From assembly GCF_036971445.1 (NCBI RefSeq), contig NC_091475.1, forward strand, positions 81,344,001-81,408,000: DNA of 64,000 nt, written 5' to 3'. The notes under the pieces are model-generated. The model worked only from the letters and a program-made list of their open reading frames with translations, was not told the DNA's origin and made no database searches. The DNA is from Narcine bancroftii (Eukaryota). Shown here one piece after another: positions 23,985 through 38,672 of this stretch (the first letter of the stretch is position 1; each line of letters opens with the position of its first letter). A program made the position numbers and the translations under genes.

Positions 23985-24820
23985 TTTATTATACCTTTGT
24001 ATGCTGGTAATTGATCTCAAGACATCGCACAGGGAGAGGGAAACGTCGTTTTATCTAGAAATTAAAACGAGAACAATCTGAACAATCTGATGTTTAACAC
24101 AATTGTACATATTTATAGTCAAGAAACATTCTTTATAAATATTGTTTCATCTGCAGCAAGTTAATACCATAATTTAATTAGAACTGGGATAAATATGGTA
24201 ACGCGGCTATTTACAGAATGGGCATTGTTACAAAAATTAACAACACGACTTCCTCACAATCTTTCAATAGTATTCCACAATTTAAACCTGCAAAGCACGA
24301 AACATCACAAGATAAAAACTCAGCTAACCGAAGAAATACATTCACAAGCAATTAATCGTGTTCTGTGTGTTATTTGTGATCTGTTAAGTGACTTTGGCAC
24401 AGTTTCCATTCTATAGGATTGGATGAAGATTTTTACAATCAGTCTCCCTGAACTTTCGGCATTAAACAGCGAGGAAATCCTTCTCTGTCCTTTGCTCTTC
24501 CATTTTGTCCACTCTGGGAAGCGAGGTCATCTCAAGAAGAAATCCCTCGGTATAGTTGAAAGAACACTCAGTCACAAGGAACACGGATCCAGTTCGGCTG
24601 ATGGGCAGGCACCGTTTCCTCCTTCGCACAAAGTTCTAAAAGGAACCGGTGAGACATACATCACAGTTGATCTTCTTTCTGCAAAATCACTGGAATTCTG
24701 TATTGCTGGTACGTGGTGCTTATTTCAGTTTCAGTTTTTTTCTTTTAACGCAGAGAGCTGTTTGATCTACTTTCAAGTTTAGAGACATAGGTGACGATTC
24801 GGGGCCTTTGGTCTTTTTCT
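23985..24820 (-). other. zic2: Zic2 3' UTR with candidate polyadenylation signal
   Basis: First minus-strand AATAAA I found after the stop (plus-strand TTTATT at 23985-23990), followed by a GU/U-rich tract. The true 3' end is unverified. Confidence 0.55.
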
Positions 24821-28175
<3,355 letters not shown>

Positions 28176-28241
28176 ACCCCTTAAAACGGGGGATAGGATC
28201 TGACCACTTACCCCCTTAACCCACCTAACACACGCACCCGG

Positions 28242-28418
28242 NNNNNNNNNNNNNNNNNNNNNNNNNNNNNNNNNNNNNNNNNNNNNNNNNNNNNNNNNNN
28301 NNNNNNNNNNNNNNNNNNNNNNNNNNNNNNNNNNNNNNNNNNNNNNNNNNNNNNNNNNNNNNNNNNNNNNNNNNNNNNNNNNNNNNNNNNNNNNNNNNNN
28401 NNNNNNNNNNNNNNNNNN
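28242..28418. other. Assembly gap in the Zic2 5' UTR
   Basis: N run. Confidence 1.
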
Positions 28419-28779
28419 ACGCCTTGATGTTGTCAGTGTTTACAGTGGTTTTCTAAAAGAATCAGAACGCACCAGTTCATGAAATCCAGCCCAACGATTC
28501 GCCCCTTCCCAACTGCTTTCTCTTTTTTGCAAATAAATTTAAGCGACGGAAGAAACGATCGAGCCAAAATGATCGCGTGTAAACTTTTTTGATGTCCTTG
28601 AAACAGATTTTTTTTATTGCGATTGAAGTTTGTTTTCTTCTGTGGTTGGAATTTCCCACGGAGAAAGCGGCTTTGAATGGTTTTCCTCTCTCTCTCTCTC
28701 TCTCGCTCTTTGTCGTCAGATGCGGTGTTGTCAGTGATAGCGGTAATCAGAATGGCAGATAAATAAGGAACAGAGATAA

Positions 28780-29220
28780 GAGAATCCGAAGGATAAATGC
28801 GTGGGGAGGGGTTGAGGGGGAGGGGGACTTTAAGTTGGTTCCGCGCCTGTCATATGATGCAGAGTTCGGCTGCTGGCTGGAGTGGCAGCGTTTTTCCCAA
28901 CAGCCCTTTTAAACAGGACAGCGGCCACTCTATTATGGCTTTTCATTGGACAGCTCCGCCTCATCCATCCCAGGTAGCTGCTCCAAACGCGTCGCCATTT
29001 TTCATTAATTACGCCTACTTTTAGTTGTTTTTTTCCCTGAGATCGGCCATTACTGCGCCACTGCTTCCTCCCCAGCTCAGCCGGCGAACCAGCAGCATCA
29101 CGTCTTCACTGCGCAGTAATAAAAGTTAATCGAAATTTGCTATAATGACTTGCGAGCAAATTGCGCCAGTTGGGGTGGTGGGGAGAGGGCGTGGGGACGG
29201 GGGGGGGGGGTGCAATCCAA
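28780..29220 (-). promoter_or_regulatory. Putative Zic2 promoter region
   Basis: GC/CpG-rich, with G-run/GC-box-like tracts (28801-28826, 29171-29211), a minus-strand CCAAT (28945-28949), a YY1-type CGCCATTTT (28993-29001) and a 10-bp inverted repeat ATTACTGCGC/GCGCAGTAAT (29049-29120). TSS not determinable. Confidence 0.5.
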
Positions 29221-30185
29221 TGTCTACAGCGTAGCATGCGTTGCACAGGTCCCCCAGCCCAAGAGCATGACTAGTTTCCTTTCACATTCACATGATAAAA
29301 ATGAGACAACTTTTTTTCCCTTCCAGGAATTTGTCAATTTAAAGGTTTGGAATGAAACGGACAGAAGCAGTTGTGATCAGTTTCCAGTTGTGAGATAGCC
29401 CTTTGAGCCAAGGGAAAGGATTGAGACTTACTTAATTATACACCAGTTTTGTTCGCCTGTTAAATACGCCCTCTTTCCATACATTCTATTCCCCCCCCCC
29501 CCCCCCCCCGCACTGTTGGAGGTAGCGATTCCAGAATGAAGAGGGAGCACAAATGCAACTCTCCCAGGGATAGACTTTGTTTCCTCATTGCCACGGTGGT
29601 TTCTGGTTGAGAAAGTGGTTCAGTGCATTGGGCAAAACTTGCATTAAAAGGGCTAGTCTGGAAAGATGAACGAAAACCAAAGAAACATAAAGGGCTCACC
29701 ACGCCCTCCCTTCGCAGCCCTGCTCCTCCTCGACTCCCGCCCCCCAATCACACATTGTACAGAACAAAATCTTTTCACTGACTCTTCAGAATAATGCAAA
29801 AACAAAATGTTTGAAAACTGATGTCACACTGAAAGGATTCTGGAAGAAAAATGAACACAACAATAAATGTAATTTTTATACAAATAATGCATGACTTTGA
29901 ACGTTAGTTTGGCGCCCTGACTTGTTTGCACCCGAGTTCCCAAGTGTTTTTATTGTGGACTGGGATTTTTTGAACAAAATATGTTTTTGGATTGGTTTAA
30001 TTATCTAATTCTTGTCCAGAACGACGCAGCTTTGCGACCACCGTTATTTTTCACTCCTCGAGGGCTGCACTCTGCAGGACCTGATCCAAGTTCAAAGTCA
30101 CGCTTGCCGACTTCTCCACAAAGCTTTGTTATTTCTCTGCAAACCGCCCCGTCCCAAAATTACACTATCCTTGGTCACTGAGGTT

Positions 30186-30340
30186 NNNNNNNNNNNNNNN
30201 NNNNNNNNNNNNNNNNNNNNNNNNNNNNNNNNNNNNNNNNNNNNNNNNNNNNNNNNNNNNNNNNNNNNNNNNNNNNNNNNNNNNNNNNNNNNNNNNNNNN
30301 NNNNNNNNNNNNNNNNNNNNNNNNNNNNNNNNNNNNNNNN
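30186..30340. other. Assembly gap
   Basis: N run. Confidence 1.
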
Positions 30341-33300
30341 AATTGTATTTCGGTACCATGGTAGCAGAACGCAGAACGAAGCTGGAGGTGGACAACAGAA
30401 GGGCTAGCGGCTGCTAATCTATCAATGTAATGGTACTTCAACAGGTTTCAATAGGTAAGCAATGAACTTACTATATGAGAGATGTGTTCTAAGACTATAT
30501 GGCGAATGTCTCTATCCACTTCGCCAAATCCAGAATCTGATCTCGTCTGTATTGCGACAGCACTTCTTTTGTTAGCGTACCGGCTTGTTTTAATAACTAC
30601 CAACAGTGAAGCCCATACAATATCCTCTTTCACCCATATCAACCTTGTCACATATTTCAATCTATTTTTGAATAAAGTTAATTAAAGTGAGCCGGAGAAC
30701 TCAACGAGTTATTCTCGACAAGTTAGCTTGATAAATTTTATTTTTGGGGAGGGGGTCCAGGATCTCGGGTGAAAGAGAACTTTTTCAGCGACCAACCCGC
30801 TCGACAATATCCCCGTTCGGAGGATGACGTGCGGCCGCTTGTTTGCAGTCTTGTTAGTTTTGAAAATCCCTTGCGCGCAACAAAAATACCCCTTCTAAAA
30901 ATATAGTTCTTGGACAGCAGGGGAAATCAATCCGTGGGGGCGGGAAGGAAAAGTCGCCTTTCCTTTTAATTCATCGCTTTGAATACACAATTAAACTCGT
31001 GGGTTATTGAATAACGAAATATAATGCCTTTAAAAACCTCATTTCACTTCAGGAAAGTAAGTTAAGGAACATATTGTGTGATCTAACGAGGGATTCATCT
31101 CTTGATATTTTATCTTTATTCCATAACCATTATAAAGTGCGTGAAGGCAACAAATATGTATGTGGAGATTTCACATAAACTCTATCAGTGCAAAGATGTC
31201 TAAACGTTATGGAATTATAAATATTAGTTATTCCAAGTTTAGTGTTCAAGTATTCTCTTTCGTCAATATGTTCAGGGCTATTTAAATTGATTGAGGCAAT
31301 GATTTTATATATACAATTGCATTTTATCAAATAAATTCAACTACATTGGAAATCATATTTTATATCAGGAAACTTCCCTTCCATCCATCAGGACCCTGAA
31401 TCCAATGGCCTAATCAAATGTGTTTACCTTCAGAGTGACCTGAGGTGTGTTCCTTCCGTCAAAGGAAAATTGTAAAACCATGCGCAGAGTTTATAGAGAT
31501 TTGTATTCTGCTGAGTACTTATACAATCCTTAATTGCCACTTGCTTTATGTTCATTTTTGAGCACTTTTAAAATATAAATCTATGTTATGTTGTGGCAAT
31601 GTATGTCTCGTGATATATACTTGTTTGACGTGAGGTGGAAGTGTGTATGTTTTGCAGACATCTCTGAACAAACGCAGTGTTGTTAATTTGATCCATACAT
31701 AAAAGAGAGTAGAATTACAGTACGTATGGTTCTGTTAGTCGTGGGAAGGTTCGAGGAACACAGTTAAAGGAATCCGCTCACACGTTTGTGAAATACAGTT
31801 CCATATGTTGATTTTAGAGACTTGGAACTGTAACACACTGAACAGTCATCGATTAATCTCTTGCACAGCTAAGGACTGAGAGATTTTAAGTACTTATTCA
31901 ATTAACCAAAGAAAACCACACATTCTACGTGTGTCCAATACTTGTAAAGACTATTTTAGGTGCTAGTCAACGTGAACAGTAAGGGCCTGTTGCTTACTGA
32001 CATCCTTGGAAATACATATGCACATTACCGCGTAACCTTTAGCGAGGCTTCCAGAGACATGTAACAAAAGTATATTAAAGAAAAGACAAACCGTAGTGAC
32101 ATGTGTTATCATTTTACGGGATGGCGACCGATGATTGTTATTCCATAAATTATATCTGCAGTTAACCCCTGTAAAGTCTATCCTGTTTTAAAACGCATTA
32201 GTGGCGTAATTTATTTCGGTGGCAGTCTGTGGGTGTTCTGCGCCTTCTTTTTTTTATCAGAATCTCAATTACATTCACATGAGAGGTATGACTACCGTGT
32301 AAAGGTAAAGGCGACATGTGGTAAGCATGGGTCGGATTCGTTTTAAAAAAAGGAAAAGCCATACTCAAGTTCTTGATGTAATTTGATCCTTTTTAACTGA
32401 TGGAAAAGAATAAAAGAGGAAGAAACACGAATTTGAGCAAAAGATGGAAAATATGGCAGAAATCAACTCATAAAATAATAGGTTTGTAAAAGAGATTCAA
32501 TCATCTGTACATTGACAGTGAATATTCTGATATGGGTAAGGTGTGTTATTTTCTAGAACAATGTGGTGCAATTACAATAAAAATAATTGCAATATAGCTT
32601 TTAAATCAAAACGACTGAAATTATAATGAAGGTGTGTCCCGCTTGGCCAATCTCTCGGATTAACCTATAAATGGAAAAGCGATCTCTGTGGCTGGAGCCT
32701 TCGCTGTAATGTTTTAAATATTGCATAAACGAAAATATCAAACTTGGAAAAAGTGAAAATGACTCATGCAAGGTCGGAGACGTTTATTGCCATATGTTTA
32801 AAATATTATAATGTCTCGAGCTTTGTGTCTCCGAATTGTAACATAAATACTTTGCATCATAAAATCGTAGACATCGCTGCTAACATATTCACCAATGATC
32901 CAGCTTTGATAAGGCAATATTGTCCAGTTCTGGTAATATGATGGTTTAAAATTGTTTGCACACGCGCGTGCGCGCACACACGACGTTCAAATGCTGGAAA
33001 ATGGTTCAGTCCCATATTCACATCTGCATAACCAGATCTGTTTGGGTGTGTGACCATTCAAAAAGGACCCGAACACAATACGTCTATTCGCGCTTTCATA
33101 TTGGTCTGAATAAGTACAAACACATTATAAACAAAGTGTTAAACCGCCAGGAAGTGTTGCATTCAGTTTACTGATAGTCTATTAATTACCCCATCCATTG
33201 AAAAGAAACATGTATCTGTTCAATAATTAAAGGCGTGCAATCAAGCGTATGGCAATTTTATGTGAATCCAGCCTTCCAAGGCATGAGGTAATAGAGCGGC

Positions 33301-36300
33301 GGATTGCTGGAAGGACATGGCTTGTATGATGTGGCAATTGACAGAAAACATGGCTTTGTGGGCACGTTGCTGTGGTTTACCACGAGTAAGTACGATAAAG
33401 GAATGAAGAACAAATACTAAACACACACTGCAATACTTTCAGAATGTTGCACTTGATCGGATTTCACCCACCTGCCTTAATACTCACACTCACGGGTGAC
33501 GGGTAATATTGGAGATCTCTGAAACTGTAATCCACCAGCCCTCCTTTTTTGTCCACTGGGCAGTGTTACCGTCTTCATCGTAGATTTCGAAATCTCCTTT
33601 ACATATCTTACGAAAACCATGGATTCGGTGAGCTGTGCCATCCAACCCTTCGTTGCCCAAAGTTGCCTTAATTTTGACTCCCATCCCCCGCATTTTCCCA
33701 ACATCTGGTGTCATCCTTTAACGCGATACCTCTTCTGGATTATTCAGATTGGTTCTAATATCAATTCCAGGATCCTTAATTTGTACCTCATGCTTTGTTT
33801 CATTTGCGTTATTCAGGTCGCATTAATAACCACTACGATCCCATATTATATCAATTTGCTCCTTGAATTAGCATTATTTAGTCGCATTTTCACCGCCCAA
33901 CCACCTTACTTGATAAGTCGACTCACTTTGAGTGGAAACCGGCATTGTACCAAATATAATGAACAGCTAACATTAGAAATTTGAACTAGAAGCGTGATTA
34001 TGGTTTGAAAAAGAGTAAAAAAAAGATAATAAAACGCCAGGAAATCGGAAGCAATTTCCTTCAAAATAGCCAAGGCTAGAAAAACAGAAACAGGAAACCA
34101 ATTCATTGGAATTATAACACAAGCACAGTGTTTAATGAATATTTAGCTTGACCCTCCGAATGGAGGGAGAGGCGCAACCCTGGGCTTAGAAGGAGAAAAT
34201 TAGTGTCAGATATTTATTATTTCTGAAATTATTTTTTCACAATCATCTCACTGTGAACATAATCCTAATTTGCAAGTGGACACCAACTTTCTTCGGAGTC
34301 CAGCAAAGAGGTTTTTTTTATTTTGCTTTACACCTATTCTATTAAATTAATACAATCGTCCAGGGCAGCAGACATTTATAGAGTTGGGATTTTATTTCTC
34401 TTGTAACACATTGTTACAACTTCTAGAACAAGCAAGTGGGAATAAAATCGACCACAGAAGAAAGACATTAAGCCATATTAATCGATGACAGATATCAGTT
34501 TTGGATTGAGCAAGGACCGTCACAAAGAGCGCAGACCATTAAATCCCTTGCAGAACGTTCACCTCATCTCCGACACGCGTTTGTGTAATCAATAATCAAG
34601 GCGAACATTTTCAATGGGGAACAAAAACCGAAGCGTGACATTTATTTCATTGCAGATAGCAAACACTTGTAGCGGGAGCCTCGGAAGAATTTTTTTTGGT
34701 GCATTGAAAAATGCCCACCTGAAAAGAAATGGAATTTCTCCATCGTCCTTGGATTACAAATCGCATGCTTTATCGATATTTCCTTCAATCTTCTGAATCA
34801 GGATTCATTTTATGCCCTGAGGGTCAATATCATATGTTAATATGGTTCATTGTAATCATGTCAAATACAACAAACAATTCAGACAATCGGCGAAAATAAA
34901 ATAATCAGCTATTTCGTTTTATATTAGATTCGGAAATTAGGCATAACATTTTTATGTTATATCATATAATCAGATATCACGTTTTATCCTATGTTATTTC
35001 ATTGGGTATCATGTTTTATGTTACAACCCCATTTGTGAATTGTGCGCTGGAGACGGATTATTGGTGTGCAATTTTATAAAGTAAATTGCCTCTTCGCTCG
35101 ATAAAGTAGAAAGCCTAACTGATTCAAAACTAAAAGTTGAGAGGAACTGCTCGCAGTCCCTTGCTCGTGTGGTCAACTGTTTGATGTTAAGACTTGGCAA
35201 AGGTGTTGCACGATGCGGTTTTTTTGTGTGGTATTGGAAATGCAAATTTGGACACCTTGTACATTTCCGTCACATGTCCTCCTGCAGGGTTGGGCGGGAA
35301 AAAAAATAACCTGGTGACCGCAAAAGGCTTCTGAAGAACATGTACATATTGTTTGGCATGGATTGTGGGATCAACGTTGGAAGTTGTGAAGATAAAGCAT
35401 TGGTTAAAATAACAGCATAAAATGCATATCGATCTATGTACAGAAGCAAACAGGTAATATGTATGCAAAGATTCTTGAACATATTCCAACGATATTGATC
35501 AGTTGAGTTATTTGGAAACATTTTTTTAGTGAATGTCTGTCTTGGACTGTAAAGTGACATCGGTAAAAGTGAATAAAACAACCAGTCAAAAACTCTGGAA
35601 AATACTGCGTAATGTTATTGAGAAATAGAATTGTTATACGCAAGTCCTGACTGTCGGAAAATAAACCAGATTACATCAATCCTTTCGAATATCATGCTTG
35701 GTTTCTCTCTCAATTTAATTTTTAAAAAAATAATCAGTATTACTTGGGAAATCAGATATAACTTATGGACGGTACCTAAATGTCAAGTAGTGGTGAAGTG
35801 GAACTGAAACTGAACCAAGGATATCGCTTTGTCCCATATGAGTGTTTAGACATGTTCGATTGCATCCTATTTCTTTACAATTGTATTTTAACTCACAGTA
35901 ACTCACAGTAGATTAAGCGACATTGCTTGCCACGTGAATGAATCGAACAAGAGCATCATTGCGTTGTATATGTTTACGTTTACTGTAATGTATTTTTCGC
36001 TGTAATATTGACCTTATTTATTGCATCCACGGTAGAAAGTTCAAATTAACCATTTGACATTGAAAACAATTATTTCCATCGCTTCTCTAAATCAATGTTT
36101 TCAATCCTAATTTTAATAAACATTTTCCCCTCGTTTCCGTATTTAATTTCAATTTTAACGTCTTTCCAACAATTCCGCATTCTGTTTAAGAAACATTATT
36201 TTAGCATGCAATGTGTATTGCAATTGGCACGCTTTTCAAGAAGAGTTACATTCCATGAAAATCCTCCGTGCATTATTTCATTTTGGAAGAACACATAAAA

Positions 36301-37099
36301 CCTTGATACTTTAAATTATTCATATGCGCTATATTCACAACCCACGTTACTCGTCTCGCGGTTAAAGAAAAGCATCGCCCAAATTTATTGATGACAAAAT
36401 CTGAATAAAATGTGTGTACCAAAAGAAGAGACAAAAACTGAAGACCTGGATCCCAGTCGAGGAGGTAAAATAGAGATCCTGATGACATGAGGAACATTAG
36501 GCATTTCTTATGTAAGTGAGGGTGTCAGTTTCGAAGAGTGAGATTGTAACATTCGGTTTGCTCATAAACTCCAAATATACAACCGCAGTAATATACTTCA
36601 TGGGATGATTAGTATTGGGAGCTTATAAATCCCGGTTCTTCATCTTGCAAACCAGGTGAGGAAAGAACGCCGCTTGTTCCTCATTTATAACTTCCATACA
36701 AAGTTTACATTTGCTGAACACATTGATAGCCAAACATTAATTTAAAATAATAATTACAAAAGAATACATCGAATTTGCCATATGGCAACATCAATGTTAC
36801 TTTGTAAAAATGTTCACAAATCCGTGTTTCTACTCGTAAAATCGTACGTGTTACAATCGAATACCGCTGATATAGAAACAATTCTACTCCCGGATATCTA
36901 AATCAGTTATTAGTAATTGGGTGTCACATGCAGAAACAAGCGTTTATTGCAAATTTGAATTTAAAATCAATACATCAATATTTAGGGTGATTCGTTTTGG
37001 AATCGATCATTTCAAATGGTCCAAGCAAACCTCTGTTGGTACATGCGATGTGTTACCAATGTTCATGACCACAACTCGTATTTTACAGGAAGATTCTGA

Positions 37100-37470
37100 A
37101 GAGGGGAGGGGCGAGTTAATTGCAACCTTTGATGGCCAGTTATGGAGTTTCCGTGCCATCTTAGTGTGGGTGCTGGGGGAGGTGTTTGTTTGAAGGGGAG
37201 GAGCTTGGATGAAGGGAAGCGGTGAAGGAAATAAGTTTACTAAAGTTTTGGAGTCAACATTTGAGCAGAGCAACATTGTGTGAAGTGCGGGAGGAGAACT
37301 GGAGTGGGGAGAAGGGGTGGATCCCGCGGCGCCGCTCGGCTGAAAACGGGCGAATTGCCTGAACGGTGTATCTGCCAATCACCCCCAAAAGCTCCAATCG
37401 CGTCCCTGCCATCTCTGAACTATATTTCCCCACTGTGTCACCTAACTGTTCCATGATCTGCCAATCGCTT
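37100..37470 (+). promoter_or_regulatory. Putative Zic5 promoter
   Basis: GC-box-like GGGGAGGGGCG (37103), TCF/LEF-type CCTTTGAT (37126-37133), CCAAT at 37375, 37394 and 37461 (ATCTGCCAATC occurs twice), and TATATTT at 37421. CpG-rich. Confidence 0.55.
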
Positions 37471-37687
37471 GAGAACAGAGTGAGAAAGACAGAGTTAAGA
37501 GTGCTTTTTTTTTTTAAAAAAAAAGGTACTTTAACTACGCTCAATAATATATTTTCAGGCTTTGTTTTTGTGGGGCGGGGTGGGTGGGGGAGGGAGAGAG
37601 AGAGAGATAGAGGAGAGAGAGAGAGAGGGACAGGGGAGAAAAAAACCCGTCCCACCAACTAGCGTGGATGAACTGACTTGCGTAGCT

Positions 37688-38672
37688 ATGGAAGCCGCGC
37701 TAAGCAAGCGCTATCCGGGCCTGAGATTATCGGACTTGGCAGGAAATCAACAACAGCCTCACCAGAACATGTCAGTCTTCCCGGGACTGGGCAGCCAGGC
37801 ACACACACACCCTGGGGAGATCAGCAATGATCCCAGCGCGCCTCTCGCCCCTTTTGGGCCCGAGCACATGGTCCAAGCAAGTGCTCTGAAGCTCAGTCCA
37901 TCTCAACACATGGCTGCCCATCCCGAAGTCCAGACAGCGGCGATTTTCGGCTCGGCACAGAACTCGGCCAGTTACTCAGCGGGCCATTCCCATTCAGCCT
38001 ACGCGAGCGGCAGGGACTACATTCTCAGGAGAGACCTCTCAGTATCTGCCATGCATGGACTGGGCGACCAGCACTCATCTTCCCCTCACCATCACCACCA
38101 TCACCACGGCATGTTCCTCTCCACAGCGGGAAGTTACGGGCACTCGGAAGTGTTCTCGGGTCTCCACGAGCAGTCTGCAGCAGGAACTCACCCAACTTTA
38201 AATGGACAGATGCGCCTGGGGTTACCGGGAGAGATCTATAGGCCGGAGCACTACCCGGGCACTTCCCTACACAATTACAACTCCATGAACTTAAACGTTA
38301 ACCTGGCAGCGGCTCATCACGGATCCGGGGCATTCTTTAGGTACATGAGACAACCTATTAAGCAAGAGCTAATCTGCAAATGGATTGACCAAGACGACAC
38401 TTCAAAGAAACCTTGTTCTAAAACTTTTAGCACGATGCACGAGTTGGTAAATCATGTCACAGTGGAGCACGTCGGTGGGCCCGAACAAAGCGTTCATATT
38501 TGTTATTGGGAGGAATGCCCCAGAGAAGGCAAGCCGTTCAAGGCGAAATACAAATTGGTAAACCACATCCGAGTTCACACAGGAGAGAAACCTTTCCCTT
38601 GTCCGTTCCCCGGCTGCGGAAAAGTATTTGCTCGCTCAGAAAACTTGAAGATTCATAAAAGGACGCATACAG
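37688..38672 (+). CDS. zic5: Zic5 coding exon 1
   Basis: Donor ACAG|GTTGGT at 38672/38673, phase 1, at the same protein position as Zic2 intron 1. Confidence 0.95.

Noticed and set aside
28180-28211. Perfect GTAAGT donor and nearby AG just upstream of the Zic2 ATG
   Set aside because: The implied intron is only 32 nt, too short to splice. The adjacent gap prevents further assessment.
30012-30441. ORFs spanning N runs (also 41467-41697 and 55301-55826)
   Set aside because: Artefacts of assembly gaps.
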